Shown here: piece by piece, positions 22,282 to 33,565 of the stretch
Numbering within the stretch: the first letter of the stretch is position 1
Layout: each line of letters opens with the position of its first letter
Source of the DNA: Ionaspis alba
Taxonomy: Eukaryota
Reading direction: 5' to 3'
Assembly: GCA_964255285.1 (NCBI GenBank)
Contig: CAXUUL010000093.1
Coordinates: forward strand, 1 to 33,565
Length of the DNA stretch: 33,565 nucleotides
Notes under the pieces: model-generated
The model's database searches: none
Seen by the model: only the letters and a program-made list of their open reading frames with translations
Told to the model about the DNA's origin: nothing
Translations under genes and position numbers: made by a program

Positions 22282-23625
22282 GCTGAACCTATGAGAAGGC
22301 GTTATGGATTCGTTTCGGCCTGCATTGGGAGCGTCATGAGGGCTGGGAAGAAGGGAGAGGTTTGGACTCTCTGCTTGTATATACTTGGCAATGAAAGTGG
22401 ATGGCATCACCTTTGAACAACTATTACTCGGTGGAGCTGCTTTTCCACATCTGTGAAATGTGGACAGCAGAGATTGGTGACGTCGACTGTCAGCTTTAGA
22501 TTCTGACTTCTGCTGGTGGATGTTATCATGGAAATGGAAGGCACCTAATCTCATTTCGTTCTGCCCTTAGATTCAAGCAAAAGACTAGTTATGTTTACCC
22601 GTTTGAGCAATCACGTGGTCACCATTTGATTTACTTCTCGCTCGGTCTGAATACTACCCATATTGCAGCTCAAGAGGCAGTCTCCATATTGGGCCACCAA
22701 TGGCGGTATACAGGGTTATAGACTATTTCTCAAATGGGGAGTCATGTGATTATTGTCGGACTTCCACCATGGACGGACGGTTACAGACTTGTTCCGACTT
22801 GTACGCTGGGCTTCACGGATTGGTTGCAGGAACTACATCCTGTCTCTCATCAACGTGTACGGATGTGCATGGAGTAGGCTTGGAGACATGCAGGCTGGTT
22901 AGGGGGTGTTACAAGAATGTATTGTAGCTATGAAGGAGGAAAGGAGTGAGAGCCCCTGACTAAATACTACCGGCGCTAAGCCTAATAGGGAAACTACGCT
23001 AATACGGGAGTTACTTCCTTCAACAGGTGGAAGTATCTCGCTGCATAGGAGATGGAGTATGACGGTTTCCTTCGCGGGTCATGCACCAGTAACTCAGGTA
23101 TGTTCACCCACTCGGTGGACTTTGATCTCATTCTTAGCTGACAGAAATGTGAAGCCCTCCCTGAGACATGATTATCTACTCTTTTGTTGATCTGGATTTC
23201 CATAATGAACGGACTCGCCTCGCCTATTGCCGCCCTCAAACCCTGGGTCAATCTTGGCAAACAATACCATGTTCTCCATCATATTGGTATCTGCAACGAT
23301 GTTGTCTTCTATATACATGATGCTGACAGTCCAGACATGGTCGATTCTCATCTCAAGACCATTACGATCATGGAGGATCCCTTGCATTAAATTGAAATTG
23401 TCCCGCAAGACCACAAACACTGACAAAGACCTCCTATTCTAGGACGTCTGATCAACGCTATCCTGCCAGCATCTGCTCAGAGCTCTTCAATGTAGCAATA
23501 CACTTATCCATTTACAGCTTACGCTTCTGGAACCCTCCTCGTACCACTGTAACTTTCCATCTCCTGTGGTCAACCTCAATTTTGCCGTCCACTTCCAGAA
23601 CGTCACGACCTTCCTAAATCGTCCT

Positions 23626-25474
23626 TTACTCTCGGCTAACATCCCGTCCGAATATGGTGCTCTTCATCCAATCCACAATGACGAGCAACCGGTTCCTCGT
23701 GCTAAAGCACATACCTAAACTCCCATTAGCCCCAGTTCCCTCTCACGGTCACAAGAACAAACTCACTAAGGTAAGCAGACTTCCAAAAGAAATACGTCAA
23801 CGTTCCACCACTCGCAAAGTTCCCCGACAACCAACTAACATCCGCAACCGCCCTCTCCGAACCAATATACGCAAGACTGCCCTGGTGACTATACTGAAAC
23901 GGACCAATCTGCTTAACCCTCCTCAACGATCTCTGCAACGCCTTCATCTCCTCAAAAATCTCCTCTCTTCGGTCCGGCTTCGCAGTCTGCTGTGCCGCCG
24001 AAAGAGCCTTGAGTTCGGTATTGATCTGCTCCGTCTTGGCCAGCGAGTTAAACAACCGAGCTAAGAACGCGCCTTCTTGAGATGCGACCTGAGCGGTGGG
24101 TGCATAGTTCGCGATCGCGCAGTCGCCGACCGCCCAGACGTTCTCGGTGCCGTTGACGACGAGGTATTCATTCACGGTAAGACCGCGGCGGGAGTCTTTC
24201 TGCGCTGGGATCTGCGACATGAGATCTTTAACAACGGGGCGGACGGCGTTACCGGTAGCCCAGACGAGGAGACCGTAGGGGAGACGTTCGAGGGCTTTGG
24301 TGCCGTCCGGGCGAGTGTATTCAGCTTCGATGTATTTGTCCGTGACGTTCTTGACCATGGTTTTTGTGCGGATGGTGATTTTCTCTTCCTTGAAGGTCGA
24401 TTCCGTGTAGTCGATTAGCTGCTTGGAGAACATGGGGAGAACATTGGGGAGGGCTTCGACAAGCGTGACGTGGAAGTTGTCGGTGACTTCTGGAACCCAC
24501 TTTTTGAGATCTTGCTCGAAGAAGTCTTGGAGTTCACCCGCAAATTCGACACCTGTGGGACCGCCGCCAACGACGACCATGTGGAGGAGACGTTTGCGCT
24601 CTTCGTCTGATTGGTCTTTGAAGGAGGCGGTTTCGACACAGTCCATGATGCGCTTGCGGATTTTCTGTGCGTCGCCAACTTCTTTCAGGAAACAAGAGTG
24701 TTCCCGGACACCAGGAATGCCAAAAGTGGCGTTTTCGGCACCGACCCCAACGACGAGCATGTCAAAGGGGACTTCGGTTGAGGATGTGTCGCCCTTGATC
24801 TCGGAGTCATCGTTGATGTAGACAATTTTCTTTTCGTAGTCGATTTTGGTTGCGTCGGCTTCATAGTATTTGACTGTTGCTTTTTTGTGGCGGAGGATGT
24901 TGCGAATAGGCTCCATAATGGAGCGGTGCTCGATTGTACCGGTAGTACATGATGGAAGTAGAGGAGTGAAGAGGAAGAAGTTTCGGGGGGAGATGACTAT
25001 GACATTGTAGTTCTCGGTGTCGAGTTTCTTGAGGAGGGAAACGGAGCCCCATCCAGTGCCTGCTGACTGTCAGTGGAAAGCCATTGGCAACGGAAGATCG
25101 CTCATACCCAGAATGACAAGCGTTTTCTTTGATGGATCAGGATCGAATTGCTCCTGTGGGTATCTCAGAGTGTAGATATTGTATGCCAGGTAACCAGTAC
25201 CAGCGATAGCTGAAAGGTAGGTCAATCGCCATGTCCACCTGAAGAATCCTCGACCTCTTCGCTTCGTGACTGGGGAGATGGTATCGGCATAGGATCTTCG
25301 AAACGATTGCTGAAGAGCTGGTTTAGGGAAAGACGATGATCTAGGTAGAGTGCGCGAGCTCGTGAGGATGCTTCGTCGCTGCGAAGCGATGAACGAACGA
25401 CGAAGAGGATTGGTGAAGTTGGCAGCTGCTTGTGAAGAAGCCACTGGCATCTTCATCGTAGCTTTAGAAGCCAT
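23626..25474 (-). CDS. NDE1: Mitochondrial alternative (type II) NADH:ubiquinone oxidoreductase, probably external, 3 exons (25474-25108, 25059-23767, 23714-23626)
   Basis: Mitochondrial presequence and TM segment. FAD-binding LVILG|TGWG, NAD-binding VVVGGGPTGVEFA, AQVASQEG, YSHQGSLAYIG, and C-terminal MCFSTRNR...FGRDVSRE. External versus internal paralogue assignment is less certain. Confidence 0.93.
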
Positions 25475-25642
25475 TTAAATGAGGGTGATAGGCGAGAGGA
25501 GCGGATGTAGGAGCTGCAGCTGTAAAGAGGAGGCGTCGGGCGATATATGAGTACTTTTTCTGGTCCGGCAAGAGATAAGCTGTTCGAGGATAGGGCTGCA
25601 AGGTTCCGCTCCTGCGAGCCAAGACATTGAGCTTCGGCCATT

Positions 25643-25742
25643 NNNNNNNNNNNNNNNNNNNNNNNNNNNNNNNNNNNNNNNNNNNNNNNNNNNNNNNNNN
25701 NNNNNNNNNNNNNNNNNNNNNNNNNNNNNNNNNNNNNNNNNN
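25643..25742. other. Assembly gap (100 N)
   Basis: Run of N between the dpb11 3' end and the NADH dehydrogenase 5' region; true size unknown. Confidence 0.99.
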
Positions 25743-25768
25743 AGTAGCCTTTCTGACACCATACACAT

Positions 25769-28617
25769 TCATCTCGCACCCGCCTGTCTTGTCCTCTTCG
25801 ATACGCTCTGTACTCCTGTACCCACAAGATCTCTCACAATGCCCTGTCCTTTCATCTTCGGTGTACCGACTTTGACTTTTCCCAGTTCAGGCTCTCCGTT
25901 CATCTTGCGAGCCAAGATTTCCCTCAAAGCGTCGCTTTCCGAGTCTTCGTATCCAAGTTGCGTCATCTGCAGCTTTTGCCTCGCAGCTTCATCTGCTTCC
26001 GCCTGTTCGTCGTGATGGGCGAGCAGTGAAGCTGTCAACACGCCCTTGGTTTCCGTCTTATTGCCGGTAGGGTGGACGAGTTCGAGTGGTGTTCCGACAC
26101 CATCTGTGTTCAAGGTATCTACACTGCTTGCACGCGTAATGCTTCCTGCGCTGCGGTGTGAAAGGGTCGAATCTGCTCTACCCAATATGCGACGTTTCTT
26201 CCGGACGGGTGGGACAATCGTGGTTTGTTGCTGATAGTGTGCGATCAGGGACGTAATCTGTGGAGTAATCGAGTCTTGTCGAGCACCAACGGACTCCTTC
26301 TGGATTTCGGCACTCGTCCTCGAGTCCTTTGTTTGAGCTTTTGGCGGTGAATTTGGCGATCGTTCTTGTAACGGTTCTGGCGGCTCATGTTGGAGCACCG
26401 TATCTGTGTCTGGCTCCGATTGCTTCGTAGGTATGCGCATCGATCTCCGGGGTTGCTTGTTCTCAGTGTCCAGAGCCTCGAAGGAGTCCTTTTCGAAACT
26501 TGGCTCCAAATCGACGCTACGCGAACTAATGCTTTGCTTCCCGGAGTCTGTGTGACGACTTCCGACGGCTTGTTGGTTGTTCCTGTCAACAACCGGTTTC
26601 CTTGGTTGCTTCGTACTATGCTTCATAGTGGTCGGTACATTTCTGTTCGTTTCTTCGTGGGCTTGCTTACTATTGGCCGAGGCTCTCCGTGAGCCAGTCT
26701 GACCAGTGATTGCTTGTGATGCTATTTGGATTAGATAGGAATTGAAAGATTTCCTTCGCCCCGAGCGAAGAGATTCCCAGAGCCATTCTGCGGACACAGC
26801 AGGCACGTTCCATTCGAGTGCCATACGGATCTTGTCTCGATTGGGCGAAGCGCTATTGCACACAAGGACTGACACTTGCGGGGTCAGAGACTCGTCGTAC
26901 GTAGCTCCTATAGTACAAATATCAGCCAGTAAAACATGTTCCCGTAAGCGGCAGAGTCATACCCATCAGTTTGACAGCCTTCGACAATTGTAAAAGATCT
27001 ATACCTTCGAATGCCGTAGAGGAGATGATCAAGCGGTCAAAGCCTACACCTTTTAGCGCAACTGCTCATTCAGGAAGGAGGAACTCAGCATACCTGGCAC
27101 AGGAAACTGAAATGGAGAATTCGTGACATTGTCCTTCGGGTTCACAAACGCCTTCTTGTGCAAACATCTTTCTATCCACATGTCCGTCACAACTGTAGGT
27201 TGAGAATCTGGATCAGGAGTCGATGGAATGTCACGCTCGGAAGATGTATGAGGGACTAGAATGTATCCAGGATCATTTCTTGCTGGAGTAGATGCCTGGG
27301 ATAGCTGCATTATACCTGGCAAGATCTCTGCATTGTGTGATTGTAAATGACCTTGAAGAATAGCAGTCTATGTTCAGCACTGTCAGATCAAGTATATTCC
27401 CTCGTGTTGCACGACTACCAACCTTCTTGGCATCGAAACCATGCAAGTAAAAGCGTTTACCGTAAAAAAGTCCTTGCGGTTTTAGTGTTTCGGTCTCGGT
27501 AGATCTGCTGAGCTGTAGTCCACCCTCTGAGTCAGGTCTAGTAGCTCGACTCGCTTTATCGCTTTCCAGCGATACGGGTTCCGGTGGTGTTCGATCGTCG
27601 GAGTCTGGTTTGACAGTTGACAGGCTGTCTTGTTGATCGTCCCATTCGTTCCTCTTCGACCCTTCCTGCCCAAAGCCCCCTCCTACAATGTCCGTCCAGA
27701 TGTCCTGATTCTGACTGCTAAATCTTGCGCTGGCCGTTCTCCGTAGCTTTCTAGCAGGAGCTGGCGCAACTTCGTCGTCTCTTGCTCGTTTGGCTAGGGA
27801 AGCAATAGAGGCTGTCCTTCTGACCCAGGCATCTCGACCTCTCTCTGTAGGCTCCATCAAAGGATCGTAGAGCTGCTCGTCCAAAATCATGCCTCTTTCT
27901 AAACTCTGCTGGAGCCATTCTATCGAGATGATATGTATGCCCCATGACTTTGCGTAGACGTATTTCTGGCCAGTGGGTTTGTGGGCGATCAGATGAGTGA
28001 CCTCCTTGTTCAAGTCCCCACGATACTCGCCCCCGTTGCCCTTCACTGTTTCCTCCAGTTTCTTTCGGACCACATCTACAGTCTCCTTATCAGCTTCTAA
28101 ATCTACTATCTTCTGAATCCAATCGACGTACGATCTTCGAAGCCAGTGACGCATATCTTGAGACCCGCGAATGTCGGCAGCCTGTATCGAAGCTCAAGCG
28201 CGGCAACGTCAGTCTCGCCACCTTCCAACCAGACACTCCGCACCGCCTCCACCCATTCCGGCCTGAGAACTCTGACGTCCGGCCTTTCCTTTGCGACATA
28301 TTTGTATTTCGGAGTATCGGTGTCGCCCACGATCAAGTGCGTGACATCGGAGGTGAGGTCTAGCTTGTGGGCAGCGCCCATCTGCGAGGCAAGCGTTGCC
28401 AATTCTGACTGCGAGGACTGTAAGTATTTGCCAATTGGCGGGAAATCCAGAGGGCTATGGTTCCGCAAGTCCATGACTTACGCGCCTGTCAGGAGGGATG
28501 GAGGTACAGCACATGATGACGCCCTGAAGGGGCCTTTGCGATAGATCTATTAGGATGTTAGTCTACCAATTCTTCGTGTTGTTCGGCACTCATACTCGTG
28601 TCGCCATTTTCTGCCAT
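25769..28617 (-). CDS. DPB11: Multi-BRCT replication/checkpoint scaffold Dpb11/Cut5(Rad4)/TopBP1, 7 exons (28617-28596, 28546-28482, 28408-28132, 28075-27423, 27367-27094, 27043-26963, 26907-25769)
   Basis: Four BRCT-like repeats: PLQGVIMCCTSI..QMGAAHKLDLTSDVTHLIVG..TPKYKY..W; FAGLKICVTGF..NGGEYRGDLNKEVTHLIA..WL; LFYGKRFYLHGF..VTDMWIERCL; LIISSTAF..LMGATYDE..VSAEWLWES. C-terminal TQLGYED motif. Introns are frame-consistent; the exon 3 acceptor could be 28417 or 28408. Confidence 0.92.
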
Positions 28618-28680
28618 GTCGACTCCATCAAGCCTGATAATTCGAAGACCTGTAACATGCTCCCATCCACATGATAGATG

Positions 28681-28726
28681 TCGCGCCCTCACGCGCTTTG
28701 GTTTATCGATAAGAGGGGATTAGTCA
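28681..28726. promoter_or_regulatory. dpb11 proximal promoter: CGCG (MCB-like) pair, TTATCGATAA palindrome and TTAGTCA AP-1-like site
   Basis: TCGCGC 28681-28686, ACGCGC 28691-28696, TTATCGATAA 28703-28712 and TTAGTCA about 28720-28726. Function is inferred. Confidence 0.35.
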
Positions 28727-29334
28727 GCTCAGGGCTTGGCATCGAAGCCGGATTATCATTTTGTTGCCCTGCCAGGAGCCCACCAATTACCCAGAGGTAT
28801 CAGCAAGGACAATAACTCAAACGTATTATTCCACGATGTACAGTGTCTCAGTACAATGAGTGATATTTGAGAAAGGCACATGGCATCTATTTCTCCGTGG
28901 GAGAAACGGCAGCAATGGTGGGGGCAACACGTCGTCTTTCCCGGCCGCGTATGAAAGCAGGGCGGTGCACTGCATGGAGTGCTTGGCTTACTAAGACCCT
29001 CAGACGGATATACGGGCTGATCATTATCAATTGTAGAGCAGCTGTGGCTGTGCGGTTGTTGATCACTACTCTCTTTTGTTCTTCACATGTGGTGATCGGC
29101 CAGGTGTGATGATCCTGCGGGAAGTGGGAAGTCGAGAACCCCTTAAGGAGGTCGGAGAGGTAAGAGGCTCCGATGACAATCTCAAGGACAGTTGTGAATA
29201 CTTCTCACAAACCGATCGAGCACATCATGAAATTGCTATGGGACTAATCTGGAGTTTGAGAGTCTATACCGAGCATTACAATCGCTCAAATGATGCTGGC
29301 TGCAGCGTGGCTTGATTGAGCCTGTTTCCTCAAA

Positions 29335-29434
29335 NNNNNNNNNNNNNNNNNNNNNNNNNNNNNNNNNNNNNNNNNNNNNNNNNNNNNNNNNNNNNNNNNN
29401 NNNNNNNNNNNNNNNNNNNNNNNNNNNNNNNNNN
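29335..29434. other. Assembly gap (100 N) flanked by an exact 55-bp duplication
   Basis: 29280-29334 is identical to 29435-29489. Confidence 0.97.
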
Positions 29435-30445
29435 AATCGCTCAAATGATGCTGGCTGCAGCGTGGCTTGATTGAGCCTGTTTCCTCAAATAGCCGGAATA
29501 TCTGAACACGAGAACAACAAGAGGAGTTCTCGCGAGCATAAGCATCCGGCCAGGTGTGCTGTATGCTCTCTCCAAAAGCAAGCTACATCACAGTATGATG
29601 AAGTCAGACATATAGAGACCCTTAACATGCATCCTAATCGTTGAAGATAGCTGGGTATGGATGTCATCGTCTCAATTTGCCGAAGCTGCCGGACAATCAA
29701 GCCTCATGGGCCTCTAGAGGCCATGCTCATCCTGATCTAGCACAACTGGTTTGCGCCCACTTTAGCTTGTTGCGCGACAAGGTATTATTGGTACACCGCG
29801 CTCGTTCCAAGGCAATTGACCCTCTCTGCCGTCAAGGTATCTACTCTTGACAGCCGTCACAGACATCAGAGGAAGGACAAACCGTCGATGCGCTGTCGGT
29901 CACTTTTGATTTGGATTGTACCCGGTTCCCGCGCCCCATTATCCAAGATACTGCGGGCATCTTCCTAGATCCTCGTTACGAAAAGCATCTTGAACGGCTT
30001 CCAGGGTCCAAACTTCCATGTCCACATGCTGCGCAATCGTCGGAGGCTCATCCGCCAATCTGTGAAGCACACCTTTCCACCACACAATACCGAAGGCTTC
30101 CGCCGCCCAATAGCATTTGGAACAACCATCCATTACCGCTCTTGTTCGTCATCTTGATATTGCTCTTCATCGGCCAAGTCAATAAAGTCAAGCCGTCGCC
30201 AGTAGGGCTGATCCTGGATTTGGAGATTGGCATTGGTACAAGAAACAGCTGCTGTCATCCCTCCATCTGACACTTCACCGACATCGCCCTGGTTCTGACT
30301 CCGCCAGCTAAGACTGCCGTAATCTTAATTCTAAATCCCAAGGTCCGTACCAAACTGTTCCTTCCGTGTGAATCGGGTTTGTGCTCTTTGTCGTTTGCTC
30401 TGGTGGCCGTTTCCGCCATTATTCTGCATTCCATTCACCAAGAAT

Positions 30446-33167
30446 ATGTCTCACTTCACTAGAGGAACCAGACCTTGTGCCCCACTGTGCCGATGGCAAA
30501 GTACAAAATACAATTCACTTTATATACAAATGACATGGAGAACATTCCATTTTTACTGACTGCTTCAACCATGGCAGGTTATTTGGAAACCGAATCTCGA
30601 AGCGGGTCGCTGTATTATATACCTCCAGAACGTTTCACGAACCCAGATGTCCCTGCGAGCTACTTTCGACCACGAGCATCACGCCCACATATCTTACGCA
30701 TAGCTCATGCCTCACCAGAGACGCTCACTTCATCTACCCCCGTCCTAGAACCACCGAAGAAGAGGAGGAAGTTCTGCTGCGTCAACAAACTGGCAGGCTC
30801 CAAAGACAACGCATTGCGCTTCCTTCGTCACATTTCGTCTATCACACTCTCGTCGGACAGTACCAAATCGAAAGGAATATCGACAGGAATTGAATCGCAT
30901 CGCTTCTCGGGGATATCGACCGCCCCATCCTCCATCACGGACATGTCGTCCGGGATTGGAGACCGCACTGGTCACTCTCGAACACAATCAATATCTGGGG
31001 GATCCGCAAGCGGCACTGGACGCCGACCAGGGTTAACGGAGAACATCAGAACTGCGTCAAATGACTCTACTCAAATGCCGACGAACAATGCCATATATCC
31101 GGGAGCGATAAGCAACGAGAAGCCGGTAGCAGCAGGGAATGGATTAGCTATTTCGATAGCATTGGCGGAGCCGGTGTTGTTCCTGCAGGGGTTCGATATG
31201 ACGGATGACTCAAGTCGCACTACTTCGATGTTGAGAGGAAGTCTACATTTAAGAGTATCGAAGAGCGCCAAGATCAAAGCAGTGTCGCTGAAGTTCAGGG
31301 GTAGAGCAGAGACAGAGTGGCCAGAAGGTTTGTACCAGTAGTCCTTTCCTAGTCAGGTTGGTCAGTTGAAACTAATCATTCTGTCATTGTCCAGGAATAC
31401 CTCCAAAGAAGACGGAGTTCAGAGACACAGCAAGCATCATGAACCATACCTGGACCTTCTTCAATGCACAATTTCAGACCACTGAAGGACACGGAGCAGA
31501 TCATGTCCAACCTCTCAAAGGTCCCTCCACAACGACGACTGAAGTCTCTCCAGGCGTAACCTCCTCATCCTTTGATCAGTTCCAAAGATCGTCGCGAGCA
31601 AGGAGCGAAGTTCTCAGTCCAAGAGAAGCCAAACGACTATCCTTGCAAGCGAATCAATCCCGTAGCTTTGGCAAGGGCGAATGCCCTAATGCCATAGCAC
31701 AGAAGGGCTACCTAACCTTCACGCCTGGAGACTACATCTACAATTTTGAGCTTCCGATTGATTCTCGATTACCAGAGACGATTGACGTAGAGCTTGGCCG
31801 TGTCAAGTATGAGTTGGAAGCAGTGGTGGAGCGCTCCGGAGCGTTCCGAGCAAATCTAATTGGGTCCAAGGAAGTGACTATGATCCGGGCACCGGCAGAA
31901 AATTCTCTGGAAACAGTTGAACCAATTGCCATTTCGCGGGACTGGGAAGACCAATTACATTATGATATTGTGATATCTGGCAAATCATTTCCACTTGGAG
32001 CTCAAGTACCCATCGCCTTCAAATTGACACCACTAGCAAAGGTCTCCTGTCATCGCATCAAGGTATATGTGACCGAAAACATCCAATACTACACCAGCAA
32101 CAAACGCGTTCACCGCTTAGAGCCGACGAGAAAAGTGCAACTGTTTGAGAAGCGTGCAGATGCGCAAAGCACAAGTGCCTATCCCGGCAGCACGGTCCGC
32201 ATTACCGCTGGCGGCGGAGTGTCTTATGACGGACGGGAAGCGGCAGCCAGGGGCGACGAATCGGTATCGCGAGACATGACGAATCTATTGGGCGATCTCA
32301 GCGGCGAGCATAATGTTGGCCCTACGGAGATGGAGTTCAACGTGCAGCTACCAAGCTGCCATGCCATGCAGGAGAAAGAGAGAGCTGCACGCATACATTT
32401 CGATACTACATTTCAAGGTATTCAGGTGCATCATTGGATCAAGGTATGTTCTTCGCTTCCTGCTGGAGATGCGTTTGCTCGAAAGGGGCCCGTGACCTTG
32501 AACCTTGTCTTACATCTCGCAGATTGTAATGCGTCTTTCGAAACCGGATGCTGCCGATCCTTCCAAGCGCCGCCACTTTGAGATCTCGATCGATTCTCCC
32601 TTCAACATCCTGTCGTGCCGTGCGACGCAAGCTAATACCGCCCTGCCCGCATACAGCTCGCCAGAGTCCGCCGTCCTTCTGACCGACCACTATGAATGCG
32701 GTTGTCCGGGTGCTGCAAGGCGGGGAAACTCTCCCTCGTCACTCTTGCCCAGTCTCAGCTCTCTTCGAAACGAAGTCAATGCCTCGTCGCCTGATGTCGA
32801 CAGCCTGGATGCTACTGCAGGATTGACTCGACCTCCTGTAGCTCATGTCAATGAGCCGAGTTCCGCTGTCAGTAGACCGATGCATCTGCTTCGGAGTCCG
32901 TCCTTCAATCCCCCAGCCTTCGACGATTCGGACCCTCCACCTCCCATGATTACTCCTCCTCCTAGATACGAGACTCTCGTGGAAGGCGATCCGAGAGGCG
33001 GTTTGGCAGATTACTTCGCTAGATTGGCCGACGAGAATGGCGAGGAAGATGAGGATGTGGTGATGCGGTCGAGGATGGAGTTGCCGTTGACGCCTGGAGG
33101 ACGGCTGAATAGGAGTATGGATGAGAGAAGGACTTGGCTGCCCATTGGGAACGCAGTCACGCAATGA
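30446..33167 (+). CDS. Alpha-arrestin (Aly1/Aly2/CreD-related HECT-ligase adaptor). Confident exons end 31327, then 31395-32443 and 32523-33167; start uncertain (30446 spliced, 30493, 30571 or 30943)
   Basis: Arrestin-N SIALAEPVLFLQGF..LRGSLHLRV..IKAVSLKFRG..TEWPEG|IPP and GDYIYNFELPI..LPETI. Arrestin-C ISRDWEDQLHYDIVISGKSF, HWIK|IVMRLS and HFEISIDSP. PY motifs LPAY and PPPRY. Confidence 0.9.
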
Positions 33168-33565
33168 TGGTGGTGACGCCAAGGTTCGCCAGGCTGAGGG
33201 CTATCGATTACAAGCTGATGGAGTACTGTGCATAATTTGGGGAATGGGTATCGAGGTCTGGACATATTGACTCGGGAACAGGAGTTTTGGACACTATCTG
33301 GGAGCATCTATGGAAGCAAGTATCTTAGGACTTGAGTTACTGCGCATACCGCCATGGGAGCGTCTGCTTGATGGGGATTTGGATTCACATAGTCTTTCGC
33401 AAAGCATAAGCATGATTTATATATTCGATTGGTTCCGATGGATTGGAATATAATCGATATTTGATCACTCTATCATCGCCATATCTAGTGTTCATTCTGT
33501 GCTAGGATTAACATGGTTAAAATGATCAAAGTGTATATCGAGGATAAGCTAAAGCCTCAGCGCTT

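Noticed and set aside
25453..25875. ORFs spanning the first N-gap
   Set aside because: Artefacts of translating through Ns.
28703..28712. TATCGATA resembling the Drosophila DNA-replication-related element upstream of dpb11
   Set aside because: Single short palindrome, and I know of no DREF-type system in fungi; recorded only as a promoter motif.
29911..30270. 119-aa ORF with a hydrophobic stretch upstream of the arrestin
   Set aside because: TTG start, no supporting splice model or motif; more likely promoter or leader sequence.
1..33565. tRNA/rRNA genes, CRISPR arrays, intact transposons, secondary-metabolite clusters, stop-codon readthrough (TGA-CTA) signals
   Set aside because: None recognised by eye. 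The stop contexts of the modelled genes do not match the readthrough motif. Small ncRNAs cannot be excluded without a covariance-model search.

Overview
A gene-dense window from a filamentous ascomycete (Pezizomycotina), judged from short GT-AG introns with CTRAY branch points and the protein families present. It starts at the edge of an AT-rich, probably RIP-degraded repeat block. Twelve protein-coding genes follow: an APH-like phosphotransferase, an F-box-like orphan, Cul4, mitochondrial DNA polymerase gamma (Mip1), a SIM-containing RING ligase, a CofD/YvcK-family protein, PP2C Ptc1, Vps2, Fzo1, an alternative NADH dehydrogenase, Dpb11/TopBP1 and an alpha-arrestin. I reconstructed exon-intron structures by hand; family assignments come from motif recognition, not database searches. 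There are two 100-N scaffold gaps, one flanked by a 55-bp duplication that is probably artefactual. I see no clear novel multi-gene system, and the region is mostly housekeeping. The best leads are: (1) two introns in unrelated genes that share a 15-nt hairpin-forming 5' end plus collinear blocks; (2) PIP-degron-like and SUMO-interacting motifs in the Cul4 N-terminal tail; (3) an APH kinase with a Pro-rich tandem-repeat insertion and a GC-AG intron; (4) a possible unannotated spliced transcript or Cys-rich microprotein between fzo1 and the NADH dehydrogenase; (5) possible alternative N-termini of the arrestin.
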